Shown here: piece after piece, positions 1 to 10,569 of the stretch | How the letters are laid out: every line of letters starts with the position of its first letter | Position numbering within the stretch: the first letter of the stretch is position 1 | Assembly (NCBI GenBank): GCA_017513085.1 | Contig: JAFWDK010000019.1 | Coordinates: forward strand, 32,001 to 96,000 | Direction: 5' to 3' | DNA from: Clostridiales bacterium | GTDB taxonomy: Bacteria; Bacillota; Clostridia; Saccharofermentanales; Saccharofermentanaceae | Length of the DNA stretch: 64,000 bases | Made by a program: the position numbers and the translations under genes | The notes under the pieces: model-generated | Database searches by the model: none | What the model was told of the DNA's origin: nothing | The model's input: only the letters and a program-made list of their open reading frames with translations

Positions 1-181
1 TTCTTCTCTCTTCATCAACTTTACCCGGACGAAAGGATACGCCGTCAAGCTGGCTCATGTAACGTTCCAAAGCCATATCATCAAAAGCGTTTCTGTTCAA
101 ACCGATAGAATACTCGGTTCCGGTACGCTCCAATTCAGATTCGATCTTATTTGCTTTTCTTGTTCTTACTGCCAACGCCAT
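1..181 (-). CDS. 5' part of the gene downstream of rsmH (probable FtsL-like cell division protein), truncated by the window edge
   Basis: Open frame read manually from ATG at 181 (MALAVRTRKANKIESELERTGTEYSIG...) running off the window; overlaps the rsmH stop; identity inferred only from mraZ-rsmH-ftsL synteny. Confidence 0.5.
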   Translation of the reverse strand, partial: MALAVRTRKANKIESELERTGTEYSIGLNRNAFDDMALERYMSQLDGVSFRPGKVDEERR

Positions 182-1143
182 TCTTCTTCATTCCTTTCAA
201 ACACTCGTAATTTTGCGCAACCTGAGCGTTTATTCTCCAGGGCCTCTTTCTTCGAAGCCACGATCGGTTTTGTATTGACCGCTCTCCCCATCGGGATCTT
301 GCCGCATACACAGACCGGGAATTCTCTCGGGCATGTGCACGGACTCTCCAGTTTTCGGAAAGCCTCTTTCACCAGCCGGTCTTCCAGCGAGTGAAAAGAG
401 ATCACGGCGAACCTTCCGTTCGGCTTCAATAATGACGGAACCACCTCCAAGAGTTTCGAAACCGAAGAAAGCTCATTGTTCACTTCGATCCGAATGGCCT
501 GGAAGCATCTCCTTGCGGGATGCTGATCCTCTTTTCGGGCTTTGAGCGGCATCGCTTTTCTGATGATCTCAGCAAGTGCCGTCGTAGATCGGATCGGCTC
601 ATTCTTTCTTGCTTCCACAATGGCCGAAGCGATCCTTCCTGCAAATCTCTCTTCACCATATTCACGGAAGATCCTGGCCAAATCCGTTTCCTTGTACTCA
701 TTGACCACGGTCTCCGCCGACAGCGCCTGATCCGCATTCATTCTCATATCAAGAGGTCCCTCCTGCATATAAGAAAAACCACGGTCCGGTGTGTCGATCT
801 GATGGGAAGATACCCCAAGATCTGCAAGAACTCCGTCTATCTTTTCAATGTTCAACTCATTAAGTACATCCCCGATCCTTGAAAAATCAGATCGTACCAG
901 TGTCCATGTATCCTCCGCGCCCATCGCCTCTCGCTTTGCTTCGCAAGCTGCCAGGGCTTCCTCGTCCTTGTCCAGGGAGATCAGTTTTCCTTTTGCTCCC
1001 AGTCTTTCGACGATTCCCGAGCTATGTCCACCACCACCCGCGGTGCAGTCAACATAGATTCCATCCTCTTTGATGGCAAGTCCGTCCATACACTCCTGGA
1101 AAAGCACCGGCAAATGATGAAAATTACAATCCTGTGATCTCAT
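166..1143 (-). CDS. rsmH: 16S rRNA m4C1402 methyltransferase
   Basis: HLPVL, VDCTAGGGGHS, DLGVSSHQID, GPLDMRM, FQAIRIEVNNEL, SFHSLEDRLVK motifs; follows mraZ; start uncertain. Confidence 0.96.
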   Translation of the reverse strand: MRSQDCNFHHLPVLFQECMDGLAIKEDGIYVDCTAGGGGHSSGIVERLGAKGKLISLDKDEEALAACEAKREAMGAEDTWTLVRSDFSRIGDVLNELNIEKIDGVLADLGVSSHQIDTPDRGFSYMQEGPLDMRMNADQALSAETVVNEYKETDLARIFREYGEERFAGRIASAIVEARKNEPIRSTTALAEIIRKAMPLKARKEDQHPARRCFQAIRIEVNNELSSVSKLLEVVPSLLKPNGRFAVISFHSLEDRLVKEAFRKLESPCTCPREFPVCVCGKIPMGRAVNTKPIVASKKEALENKRSGCAKLRVFERNEEEWRWQ

Positions 1144-1558
1144 AGCCGTCCAAATCAATGCTCTCCTGCTCGATTGCTTCGTTCATCTCGTCATAGTACT
1201 TCTTCGTGCAGATCTCCAGTGCATCTTTTCCCATCTGGTAGATGCAGATCTCATCCGAAGGTACCGCTCCGATACGTCCCCAAAGCTCCGAGCTCACGGA
1301 AATACGTCCCTGCCCGTCCAATTCGCACTCGAGAGCCTCACCGATGAGCTGTCTTCTTGCATGACGGATCTTCGGATTGGTCATCGGGATCTTCGCGAAC
1401 TGTTCCACTATATCCTCGAAACGTGGCTTGCTGTAAACACTGAGATAGCCTTTGTCCTGGTTCAATGTAACAAACATGGGCGAGCCGATCTGATCCCGGA
1501 TCTTTGCCGGAATGAAGATTCTTCCTTTTGCGTCCATCTTGTTAATGAAGCGGGCCAT
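1124..1558 (-). CDS. mraZ: Division/cell wall cluster transcriptional regulator MraZ
   Basis: Two DxKGR/DxQGR motifs (MDAKGRIFIP, LDGQGRISV); 144 aa; upstream of rsmH. Confidence 0.92.
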   Translation of the reverse strand: MARFINKMDAKGRIFIPAKIRDQIGSPMFVTLNQDKGYLSVYSKPRFEDIVEQFAKIPMTNPKIRHARRQLIGEALECELDGQGRISVSSELWGRIGAVPSDEICIYQMGKDALEICTKKYYDEMNEAIEQESIDLDGYEITGL

Positions 1559-1592
1559 TCTGTCTCCTTGTTCTTGGTTTTAGTGGAATTCT

Positions 1593-1639
1593 CACCACGA
1601 TTCTCCACCGTTTGTGAACTTTCCACCACTTTTCACCAC
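1593..1639 (-). promoter_or_regulatory. MraZ-binding direct repeats GTGG(T/A)G
   Basis: GTGGTG/GTGGAG hexamers on the minus strand at 1634-1639, 1624-1629, 1603-1608 and 1593-1598 (two pairs at 10-bp pitch) directly upstream of mraZ. Confidence 0.8.
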
Positions 1640-1937
1640 TTTCTGAAGATATTTTAGTAAAGTTGCGTTTACATTTCAATAGTGTTTCGTAGAGAAATGC
1701 CGAAAAATACGCCTTTTTCGACAAAAAGGCGAACAAACGCTCGTTTTGTTCTTTTTGTGGGGGATCTTCCCATAAAAGCACGGCCAAATCATGTTTTAGA
1801 CAAAAAAAGCAGGCGAGCTTGTTACAAAGATTCCTTCGCAAGTCGCCTGGATTGAAGCACGGGATGCCGGATCGGACCAAAAGCCCGGATCGTCCTATCG
1901 ATTACGGGTGAAATTGAAGAAATAGCGAATTCACCCG

Positions 1938-1968
1938 TAAAAAAATACAGTTAGCACAAACTAACTGT
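1938..1968 (-). terminator. Intrinsic terminator after rodA/ftsW
   Basis: Minus strand ACAGTTAG-tttgtg-CTAACTGT followed by a T run. Confidence 0.55.
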
Positions 1969-2007
1969 TTCAACAACATACAAACAGAAGGCTCCGGAAA
2001 CCACCTA

Positions 2008-3138
2008 TCAAAGTGAAGAAGATTTCCGGTCCATAGAAACATTTAATATAAATCCCAACGAAATAAAGTTAACCATCATGGCTGTACCGCCATGGCTGAC
2101 AAAAGGAAGCGGGATACCGGTGATCGGAAGAAGCCCGACACACATGCCCATATTCTCGATAAAGTGGAAAGCATAGGAAGCCGTAAGACCGACAACGATA
2201 TATGAATAAGCTTTCCGGGCTGCACGCGAAGCAACATAAAGGCAACGCAAAAGGAAGAAAAAGGCCAGGACAACAATAGCCGTTGTGCCGATAAATCCCA
2301 TACGTTCTGACACAGCAGAATAGATAAAGTCTGACTGTTTTACCGGAACATTGACCAGAATGCCGGTGTGGTTACCCGTCAGTCCACCGGAAGCAATCGC
2401 CGCCTTGGACTGGATAAGGTTGTACTCGGAAACCGGATCAGAGCCCTCGAAGATCAAGGACAGGATCCTCTTCTTCTGATATGGCGCAAGGTAAAAATTC
2501 CAGACGATCGGCAGCACGCCAACGACCACACCCGAGATAGCCAGAAAGAAGTATCGGTATTTCAGGTTCCATATAAAAAGCATGCACACGAAAGAAAAAA
2601 CGATAACCATCGCCGTACCGAAGTCAGGCTGCTTAAAGATCAGCAGCATCGGCGGAGCATAGACAAGGGCCAGATAGACCCATCCCCGAACCATGGAGAT
2701 CACCTTCTGCCCCATATCCTCCAATATGTATGACGATACGATGACCAGTCCGATCTTTGTTAACTCCGAAGGCTGGAATGTACCAAGGAAAGGCAACTGC
2801 ATCCAGGAGTCCGCGCCCCACTGGTCTGCCAGAGTAAAACCATCGATCCTTACCCAAATAAGAAGCAGGATGGAAACCGCATATAAGATCCAACCGATCA
2901 TTTTCATGAACTGTGTATCAAGAAGGCAAATGACCATAGCGATCACGACACCCATGACAACGGCGATCACCTGCTTATAGAAGATCATGGGATAATCTTT
3001 AAACCCCTTCGAAAGCACCAGATTCAAGACATAAAGACCGATCGTGGTTATGGACAGGATCGGGATGACCAGCCAATAATCAACGGTACGCAGAGAATTA
3101 TTGCGTAAAAATTCGATTCCGGATTTTCCTTTATCCAT
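2008..3138 (-). CDS. rodA: SEDS family peptidoglycan glycosyltransferase (RodA/FtsW/SpoVE)
   Basis: FQPSELTK, KQPDFGT, YQKKRI, QSKAAIASGGLTG, SDFIYS, GLLPITGIPLPFVSHGGT motifs; multiple TM helices; GAGGAG RBS before ATG 3138. RodA versus FtsW is not resolved. Confidence 0.85.
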   Translation of the reverse strand: MDKGKSGIEFLRNNSLRTVDYWLVIPILSITTIGLYVLNLVLSKGFKDYPMIFYKQVIAVVMGVVIAMVICLLDTQFMKMIGWILYAVSILLLIWVRIDGFTLADQWGADSWMQLPFLGTFQPSELTKIGLVIVSSYILEDMGQKVISMVRGWVYLALVYAPPMLLIFKQPDFGTAMVIVFSFVCMLFIWNLKYRYFFLAISGVVVGVLPIVWNFYLAPYQKKRILSLIFEGSDPVSEYNLIQSKAAIASGGLTGNHTGILVNVPVKQSDFIYSAVSERMGFIGTTAIVVLAFFFLLRCLYVASRAARKAYSYIVVGLTASYAFHFIENMGMCVGLLPITGIPLPFVSHGGTAMMVNFISLGFILNVSMDRKSSSL

Positions 3139-4288
3139 CGATCTCCTCTTCGTCCTCGTCATCATCGGATACGTCGCTCACGTCTTCCTCATCATCAGAC
3201 GCATCCTCAAGAAGATCCTCTTTCTCTTCGTCGTCAGAAGATTCCTCTTCGTCAGACTCTTCTTCCTCATCCTCCAGACTGAAAGAAGACTTAGCCAGTC
3301 TCTCTACGCGATCTTCCACATCCTCATCCTCTTCGTATTCACGAAGTCTCTCTTCCTTCTTACGACGGGCTTCCTCCTGCATTCTCTGATCAGCTTTGAT
3401 GAATCTTTCAGGAATAGGCTTCTTCTTCCAATCCAAAGAACGGGCCATCAGGAGCAAGAAGATACCGACCACGATCAAGCCCAGAGAAAGGACCTGGGAA
3501 ATACGAAGATTAGTATTACCGATGTATAGCGAATCGGTACGCAGACCTTCGATAAAGAAACGTGCGATACCATAAAGGATAAAATATACGGATGTCGTCG
3601 TCCACGGTCTCTTGCTGTTCTTACGCACGGCAAGAAGGACGAAGAAAGTGATCAATGTGCATACAGACTCATAGAAGAATGTAGGATGAACCGGCATTTC
3701 CGAATCCAGTTCCGGGCAGTTCTGGGCAAGATATCTTGCTATTTCCGTACTCTTCATGCCCCAGGGAAGGTTTGTCGTCGTACCGAAAGCTTCCTGGTTA
3801 AAGAAGTTGCCCCAGCGGCCGATCGCCTGTCCCAGCGGAATGTATACCATAGCAAAATCAACCATCGTGGACATCGGCACTTTACGGATCTTACTCATCA
3901 GGAAGATCGCAAAGATCGCTCCGAGAACACCGCCATAAATCGCCAGTCCGCCTCCACGGAAGTTGATGATGTTTCCTAACGTTGCGCCTATATCACCTTT
4001 GACATAGTACTCGCCCCACTCGCAGAAAACATAGTACAGACGCGCGCCGATAAAAGCCATCGGAATCGTAAAAAGACAATAGTCAGTCAGAAGATCCGGG
4101 GTGATCCCGAACTTTCTGCACTGCTTCAATCCAAGGAAAATACAAAGTGCCACCGCGGCTCCGATCAGTACGCCGTACCAATAAAGCTTCAGTCCTCCGA
4201 TCGTAATGGCAACATTATCTATATTGAATTTCCATCCCAATCCCGGGAAGGAAACGATTTCTTTTTCCAAAGCAAGCAAAATATTCAT
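3131..4288 (-). CDS. lgt: Prolipoprotein diacylglyceryl transferase with a long acidic C-terminal tail
   Basis: YWYG, GARLYYV, GGLAIYGG, GQAIGRWGNFFNQEAFG, HPTFFYES, RFFIEGLR motifs. Confidence 0.96.
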   Translation of the reverse strand: MNILLALEKEIVSFPGLGWKFNIDNVAITIGGLKLYWYGVLIGAAVALCIFLGLKQCRKFGITPDLLTDYCLFTIPMAFIGARLYYVFCEWGEYYVKGDIGATLGNIINFRGGGLAIYGGVLGAIFAIFLMSKIRKVPMSTMVDFAMVYIPLGQAIGRWGNFFNQEAFGTTTNLPWGMKSTEIARYLAQNCPELDSEMPVHPTFFYESVCTLITFFVLLAVRKNSKRPWTTTSVYFILYGIARFFIEGLRTDSLYIGNTNLRISQVLSLGLIVVGIFLLLMARSLDWKKKPIPERFIKADQRMQEEARRKKEERLREYEEDEDVEDRVERLAKSSFSLEDEEEESDEEESSDDEEKEDLLEDASDDEEDVSDVSDDDEDEEEIDG

Positions 4289-4327
4289 TTTGAACCTCTT
4301 CTCTCTTTTTATCCACGCAATATAATA

Positions 4328-5314
4328 TCACATATACCCTTCAAACCGAACTGTTTTTTGCCGATCCATATGATACTGCCACACTTCTTTCTGATCCAGA
4401 AGCATCTGTTTCTTCAATTCTTCGACTGAACCGAACTGTCTTTCCGGGCGGATATATTTAAGAAGGAATACCGTCCCTCTGGTGCCGTAAAGCTGAAAAT
4501 GCTCACGAAAGATCATGGTCTCTGTAAGTGGAGAGTCGTCATCCTTATTAACCGTCGGGCGCATGCCAACATTTGTCAATCCGTGATACAGTTTTCCGTT
4601 ATAAAGATACGCAGAAGCGTACACACCGAACTTCGGGACGATTTTTTGTTTTTCGATTCGGATGTTTGCAGTCGGGAATCCCAGTTTTCTCCCGAGCTGC
4701 TGGCCCTTCTCCACTACGCCGGCATAGGCCAGCGGATGGTCCAGAAGCGTCTCGACTTTTTCCACGTTGCCCTCGGAAATCAGTTCACGGATCCAGGTGG
4801 AAGAGATCCTTCTCCCCTCGCAAAGCTCTGCTTTCACCGCGACGACTTCGATCCCGTTTTTCTTTCCCCAATCCCGAAGCAGGAAAAGATCTCCCGTACG
4901 TCCTTTGCCGAAATGGTAATCTTCGCCTACGACCACGACTCGTGCATGCATCCAGTTCTTGACACATACTTCAAGAAAATCGGTAGCGCTCATAGTTTTA
5001 ACTTTTTCATTGAAAGGAAGCGCGAACAGATCGTCCACACCCCAGGCGGATACGATTCCGCACCGCTCCGAATAGGTCGTGATCAGGCTGTTTTGAGACT
5101 TCGACGCAGGCGGATTCGCAAAAGTCTGCACCGCGGTACGAAGGCCCATTTCCTGCGCCTTATCACACATAGTACTGAAGATCTTCTGATGACCAAGATG
5201 CACGCCGTCAAAATACCCGAGAGCCACAGCACGCTCAGCCGTCACCGAGGTCGCGCTCGAAGGCGTAGAGATCAATTGACCGTCTTTATTGATCACACAA
5301 TTCCATACATTCAT
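4328..5314 (-). CDS. ribF: Bifunctional riboflavin kinase / FAD synthetase
   Basis: GYFDGVHLGHQ, ISSTWIR, GRKLGFPTAN, NVGMRPTV, IRPERQF. Confidence 0.96.
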   Translation of the reverse strand: MNVWNCVINKDGQLISTPSSATSVTAERAVALGYFDGVHLGHQKIFSTMCDKAQEMGLRTAVQTFANPPASKSQNSLITTYSERCGIVSAWGVDDLFALPFNEKVKTMSATDFLEVCVKNWMHARVVVVGEDYHFGKGRTGDLFLLRDWGKKNGIEVVAVKAELCEGRRISSTWIRELISEGNVEKVETLLDHPLAYAGVVEKGQQLGRKLGFPTANIRIEKQKIVPKFGVYASAYLYNGKLYHGLTNVGMRPTVNKDDDSPLTETMIFREHFQLYGTRGTVFLLKYIRPERQFGSVEELKKQMLLDQKEVWQYHMDRQKTVRFEGYM

Positions 5315-6282
5315 CTTACGTCTTCCAGAACCCTTTCTTCGCGGATCACGAACTGACCATCCTCATTTTCCACATAGACGACCGCAACGGACCGTCCCTC
5401 ACAGCATGCCAGCACACGTGTACCGGAAAGAATACCGTCTATGTTTTCCATTCTATCCTTAAAGAGAGAGAAATCAAGTTTTTTACCATTGCCCATATCC
5501 GATGCTTCTTTACGGTTCACCGAAAGTTTCGGGAACGATGAAAAAACGCTATTTTCAGGCAAAAAGAAAGACTCGTCGTTATCTTCCGCCATCTTCTCGA
5601 GCTGTTCCGGCGTGTAAGCATCAGCAAGACTATACTGCCCGCTCGACAGTCTACGCAGTTCTTCGCAAAAAGCACCGAAGCCCAGCTTTTCTCCGATATC
5701 TTCACATAGCGAACGGATATAGGTACCCTTCGAGCAGGCTACCGTCATATCCACGCGGATCACACCTTGCTCCTCCCATATACGATGAACTTTGATAGAA
5801 TAGATCGTTACCAGGCGGCTCTTCATCTCCACCTGTTCACCTTTTCTAGCATAATCGTAAGCCGGACGGCCATTGATCTTGATAGCAGAATACACGGAAG
5901 GGACCTGGCTGATTTCACCGACCATGGAAGAAACAGCCTCACGGATCTTCGCGCCATTATCGCGCAGAAGTTCCTCTCTCTCCTCTAAGGAGGGTTTTCT
6001 TCCGCCGATCACTTCACCATCCACATCACCGGTCGACGTTTTCGCGCCCAGCACCATCGTCGCCCGGTACGTCTTGTCATGGTTTTCCATATACCGCAAG
6101 ACGCGGGTCGCCCTACCCACCGCAATGGTCAAAAGACCAGTCGCAAAGGGATCAAGAGTACCCGCATGTCCGACTTTTTTTACATGAAGCATTTTCCGGA
6201 TCCGGGCAACCACTGAAAAAGAAGTCATCCCTGCCGGTTTATCGACTAAAACGATACCACTTGGAAGAACCTGTTCACTCAT
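5311..6282 (-). CDS. truB: tRNA pseudouridine(55) synthase
   Basis: DKPAGMTS, KVGHAGTLDPFATG, YSAIKING, CSKGTYIRSL. Confidence 0.97.
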   Translation of the reverse strand: MSEQVLPSGIVLVDKPAGMTSFSVVARIRKMLHVKKVGHAGTLDPFATGLLTIAVGRATRVLRYMENHDKTYRATMVLGAKTSTGDVDGEVIGGRKPSLEEREELLRDNGAKIREAVSSMVGEISQVPSVYSAIKINGRPAYDYARKGEQVEMKSRLVTIYSIKVHRIWEEQGVIRVDMTVACSKGTYIRSLCEDIGEKLGFGAFCEELRRLSSGQYSLADAYTPEQLEKMAEDNDESFFLPENSVFSSFPKLSVNRKEASDMGNGKKLDFSLFKDRMENIDGILSGTRVLACCEGRSVAVVYVENEDGQFVIREERVLEDVR

Positions 6283-7292
6283 TGACGCTCCAAAAAGGTT
6301 GTCGCCTTTTCGACGATCTCCCTGACAAAAGTATCGATATCCGTATCCTTACCGGAGAATCCGGAAGCACGGTGATGTCCGCCGCCTCCCATAATCTGGG
6401 CAAAAGCAGCTGCATCAAATCCTTCTTTAGATCGGCAATTCACCCTGATCGTGCCGTCCTCACACTCTCTTACCGCAAAAGCAGCCAGTACGGTGTCGAT
6501 GTCGCGAAGAATATTCGCGATCCCATCCGCTGCGCCATCGGGGGCTTGTGTTTCTTCCATCATTTTCATCGTGATCTTGGTGATCGCGATCTTATCCTGA
6601 TCGAAAAGCTGCATGGCATTCATTGCCTGCGCCTGAAGAAGCACTTTCCCTTTGGAAGACTCGTCGAACAGATGGTACGCATTATCCGAGATATTGGCGC
6701 CCAGCTCCAGAAGATCCGCAGCCGCCCGGAAAGTCTTCGGATTCGTATTCTCGTAAGAAAACTTGCCGGAATCCGACTGGATGCCGACCATGAGCCAGTT
6801 GGCATTATCCTGATCAAGCAGTTTCTTTCCCGTCATTTCTTCCAGTTCACGAAGAAAAGCATAAACCAACTCGGACGCAGACGCGGCCTTCGGGTCAATA
6901 TAGGAATTCTCACAACTGTTTTCCACCGAAACATGATGATCGATCACAAGCTTTGTTTTCGCCTGTGCAAAAAGCGCTTCGCATCCGCCCATGCGGTGTG
7001 CTTCCGCGCAATCCACGGCAAATGCCAGGCCTTGTGCTTCTTTGGCACTCTCCTCGTTTTCCAAAGTTACGATACGATACAACTCTTCCGGGATCTCCAT
7101 GAAATATAGACGCGGAGGAATCGGGGCATCCAACATGACTTTCGCGTGAATTCCCATTCGAAGGAATCCGCTGGCCAGCGCGCAGGCTGAACCGACGGCA
7201 TCTCCGTCCACACGCGTGTGCGGGAAGATCTGGATTTCTTTATTCTCAAGGCAAGCAAAGCAGGCATACGCCTGCTTTGCAAAATCACTCAT
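6279..7292 (-). CDS. nrnA: DHH/DHHA1 phosphoesterase (NrnA-like oligoribonuclease / pAp phosphatase)
   Basis: HxxxDGDAVGS, VD, IDHH, SDSG, GGGGHHRASG; between rbfA and truB as is common in Clostridia. Confidence 0.88.
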   Translation of the reverse strand: MSDFAKQAYACFACLENKEIQIFPHTRVDGDAVGSACALASGFLRMGIHAKVMLDAPIPPRLYFMEIPEELYRIVTLENEESAKEAQGLAFAVDCAEAHRMGGCEALFAQAKTKLVIDHHVSVENSCENSYIDPKAASASELVYAFLRELEEMTGKKLLDQDNANWLMVGIQSDSGKFSYENTNPKTFRAAADLLELGANISDNAYHLFDESSKGKVLLQAQAMNAMQLFDQDKIAITKITMKMMEETQAPDGAADGIANILRDIDTVLAAFAVRECEDGTIRVNCRSKEGFDAAAFAQIMGGGGHHRASGFSGKDTDIDTFVREIVEKATTFLERQ

Positions 7293-7659
7293 TTCTACGG
7301 GCACGTTCTTCGTCCTCCTTGATGGTACGATCGATCAGATCCATAAGTTCCATGCTCTTCTCGATAGACTCATCCAGTTTAAAGTGCAATTCCGGCGCGA
7401 CGCGCAACTTGATGCGCTTGGCCACTTCGCGTCTGATAAAACCGGAAGCGCGCTCCATCGCCTCCATGCATGCGTCTTTCTCTGCTTTGGATCCATAGAC
7501 CGAAAGAAAGACGTTGGCATGTGTAAGGTCAGAAGACATACGCACTTCCATAACAGAAGTCATCATCGGGATACGCGGATCCTTCACTTCTGTCTGCAGA
7601 AGTTGAGATATCACTTTCTGCATCTCATCGCCCACTCGGGCAGCACGGTTTTGTCTCAT
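7285..7659 (-). CDS. rbfA: 30S ribosome-binding factor A
   Basis: RAARV, VKDPRI, MSSDLTHA, LRVAPELHFKLDES. Confidence 0.97.
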   Translation of the reverse strand: MRQNRAARVGDEMQKVISQLLQTEVKDPRIPMMTSVMEVRMSSDLTHANVFLSVYGSKAEKDACMEAMERASGFIRREVAKRIKLRVAPELHFKLDESIEKSMELMDLIDRTIKEDEERARRNE

Positions 7660-7672
7660 ATTCTCGTCCTAC

Positions 7673-10555
7673 TTATTTTCTCTTGATCTCCTGCATCTCG
7701 AAGACTTCAATGATATCGCCTTCTTCGATGTCGTTATAGTTCTCGATAGAAAGACCGCATTCATAACCGGCAGCAACTTCCTTCGCATCGTCCTTGAATC
7801 GCTTGAGGGAAGCAAGCTTACCCTGATGCACAACGATACCGTTTCGTACGATACGTACTTCAGAAGAACGAAGGATCTTACCATCCTGAACATACGCACC
7901 ACCGATCGTACCGACAGACGATACCTTGAATGTCTGGCGGATCTCGACGTGACCGAGCACCACTTCTTCGAACTGCGGCTTGAGCATTCCCTTCATGGCG
8001 TTCTCAATATCCTCGATCGCGTTATAGATAACGCTGTAGAGCTTAATATCCACGCCGACGCTCTTAGCCTGCTCGGTAACCACTGCGCTCGGACGAACGT
8101 TAAAGCCGATGATAACGGCATTGGATACGTCAGCGAGAGTAACATCGGACTCGGTGATCGTACCGACGCCACCATGGATGACTTTTACGCGGACTTCATC
8201 ATTAGACAGCTTCTCCAAAGACTGGGTAACCGCCTCGACAGAACCCTGTACGTCGGCCTTGATAATAAGATTGAGATCTTTGATCTCGCCCTCTGCAAGT
8301 ACCTGAGACAAGGTTTCGAGAGTCATTCTCGAAGACTTGTGGAGCTGTTCTTCTCTCTGCTTGATCTTTCTCTTTTCAACCAGCTGACGGGCCATCTTCT
8401 CATCGGTTACCGCATAGAAGGTCTCGCCTGCTTCCGGTACTTCCGGAAGACCTAAGATCTCTACCGGTACAGAAGGACCTGCCTTCTTCTGGGCAGTACC
8501 GTTTTCATCGTACATGGCACGGATATGACCGAAGATCGGACCGGTAACGACTGTGTCGCCGGCACGAAGTGTACCACGCTGAACAAGAACGGTAGCAACC
8601 GGACCTCTGTTCTTATCGAGCTTAGCCTCGATAACAGTACCCTTCGCCTGACGCTTCGGATCCGCTTTCAGTTCCATAACATCAGCAGTGAGAAGCACCA
8701 TCTCGAGAAGATCGTCAATACCTTCACCGGACTTACTGGAAACCGGAACCATGATCGTGGATCCGCCCCATTCTTCCGGAAGGAGACCCTGAGAAGAAAG
8801 CTCCTGCTTTACTCTATCCGGGTTTGCGCCAACCTTATCGATCTTCGTGATCGCTACAATGATCTCGGTGTTAGCAGCTCTTGCATGGTTGATCGCCTCG
8901 ATCGTCTGCGGCATGACACCATCATCTGCAGCAACGACCAGGATCGCGATATCGGTAACCTGTGCACCACGGGCACGCATCGTTGTAAACGCTTCGTGAC
9001 CAGGCGTATCGAGGAATGTGATCTGTCTACCCTTGCAACGAACTGTATACGCACCGATGTGCTGGGTGATACCACCGGCCTCACCTTTTACAACAGAAGC
9101 CGAACGGATCTTATCGAGGAGTGAAGTCTTACCATGGTCAACGTGACCCATAACCACCACGATCGGCGGACGCGGTTTCATGTTCTCCTCGTTATCCTCG
9201 CTATCGTCAAAGAGGATATCCTCTTCGGTAACCTCTACGATCGGCTCTGTAGTGATGCCGTACTCAGAAGCAACCAGCGCTGCTGTATCGTAGTCCAGCT
9301 CCTGATTGAGCGTAACCAGCATCCCCATCGTCATGAGCGTCTTGATAACATCCGCACTACGCTTGCCAAGGCCCTCGGCCAGTTCTTTTACCGTGATGAA
9401 AGGCGGAAGCTCAACATGCGTAAGCTGAGCGTGCACCACCGGAGCTGCCGCTACGAAAGACTGGCGCTTCACCTTCTTTTTACCCTTGTTATCTCTGTAC
9501 ATCGAATCGAGTACAGCATCATCGGAAAGAAGATCGGATGCATTACCTGTAAAACGGTTTGCGCTCTTGTTGCCGGAACGACGGTCAGCATTGGCATTAC
9601 TGCTCTTCTGGTTATCTTTCTTCGAATCCTTCTGTGGCTCTTTGCGGCTCTTCTCGTAAGCATCACGTGCAGCGAAGTTTGCCTTCTCCTTTGTTGCCTC
9701 CGGCGGAAGATCCTGCTTCGGCTTGGAGCTCTTCTTCGGCTGGTTTCTATTATTGTTGTAAATATCGTCATCATCTTTGTCTTTTGGAGAGAATCCGCCA
9801 AAAGAACCGCCGCGCGAGCCTCTGTTCTGACCTGGTGTGCCGCCTTGACGTGGGCCGCCCTGCGGTCTGTCGCCGCGTCCCTGGTAACCGCCTTGCGGTC
9901 TGTCACCTCTGCCCTGATAGTTGCCACGGTTTGCGCCCTGTCCCTGCGGACGGACAAACGTGGAAGTTTCACGCGTATAACCTGCAGAAGGTGCTTTGAC
10001 CACAGCGGAGGAAAGACGCGGTCCTTCACTCTTCGGCTCTTCTTTTTTCGGAGCCTCCGGAGCAGCAGGCTTGGCTGCCGGAGCTTCCGGCTCTTTCTTC
10101 TCTGCCTTTTCAGGAACTTCTTCCTTGACTGCAACAGGTTCTTTTGTTTCTTTCACCGGCTTCGGTTCTTCTTTTACGACCGGAGCTTTCTCTTCCTTGG
10201 GTTCCTTAACTGCTTTTTCTTCCTTAGCAGCCTTGGTGGCCTTAGTCGTCTTCTTCGGAGCCGCAGGCTCTTCTGTCTTCTTCTCTTCGGCTGCTTTTTC
10301 CACAGGAACCTTCGGTGCCGGTTCCACAACAGGTGCTTTCACCGGTGCTTCCTTGGCCTTTGGCTCTTCCACTTTGGCAACTGTCTCAGTACCCTCTTCC
10401 GTCGGAGGTTTCTTGGCCTTCTTATTTACACGCCCGACACGAAGAGTCTTGGTACCGGAAATACCGCTTACCGTTCTCTTAAGGCCTTGTGAAGAATCAG
10501 CCTTGTTCTCGGCTTTTTCCTCTCCTGGTGTTACTTTCTTTTTGTCTTCTGCCAT
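7673..10555 (-). CDS. infB: Translation initiation factor IF-2
   Basis: [45 protein letters not shown]; AGGAGG RBS before ATG 10555. Confidence 0.98.
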   Translation of the reverse strand: MAEDKKKVTPGEEKAENKADSSQGLKRTVSGISGTKTLRVGRVNKKAKKPPTEEGTETVAKVEEPKAKEAPVKAPVVEPAPKVPVEKAAEEKKTEEPAAPKKTTKATKAAKEEKAVKEPKEEKAPVVKEEPKPVKETKEPVAVKEEVPEKAEKKEPEAPAAKPAAPEAPKKEEPKSEGPRLSSAVVKAPSAGYTRETSTFVRPQGQGANRGNYQGRGDRPQGGYQGRGDRPQGGPRQGGTPGQNRGSRGGSFGGFSPKDKDDDDIYNNNRNQPKKSSKPKQDLPPEATKEKANFAARDAYEKSRKEPQKDSKKDNQKSSNANADRRSGNKSANRFTGNASDLLSDDAVLDSMYRDNKGKKKVKRQSFVAAAPVVHAQLTHVELPPFITVKELAEGLGKRSADVIKTLMTMGMLVTLNQELDYDTAALVASEYGITTEPIVEVTEEDILFDDSEDNEENMKPRPPIVVVMGHVDHGKTSLLDKIRSASVVKGEAGGITQHIGAYTVRCKGRQITFLDTPGHEAFTTMRARGAQVTDIAILVVAADDGVMPQTIEAINHARAANTEIIVAITKIDKVGANPDRVKQELSSQGLLPEEWGGSTIMVPVSSKSGEGIDDLLEMVLLTADVMELKADPKRQAKGTVIEAKLDKNRGPVATVLVQRGTLRAGDTVVTGPIFGHIRAMYDENGTAQKKAGPSVPVEILGLPEVPEAGETFYAVTDEKMARQLVEKRKIKQREEQLHKSSRMTLETLSQVLAEGEIKDLNLIIKADVQGSVEAVTQSLEKLSNDEVRVKVIHGGVGTITESDVTLADVSNAVIIGFNVRPSAVVTEQAKSVGVDIKLYSVIYNAIEDIENAMKGMLKPQFEEVVLGHVEIRQTFKVSSVGTIGGAYVQDGKILRSSEVRIVRNGIVVHQGKLASLKRFKDDAKEVAAGYECGLSIENYNDIEEGDIIEVFEMQEIKRK

Positions 10556-10569
10556 TGTTTCCTCCTGCA

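Noticed and set aside
9860-9925. 33-bp tandem duplication in infB ([11 protein letters not shown] x2)
   Set aside because: Such G/R/Q-rich repeats are common in clostridial IF2 N-termini.
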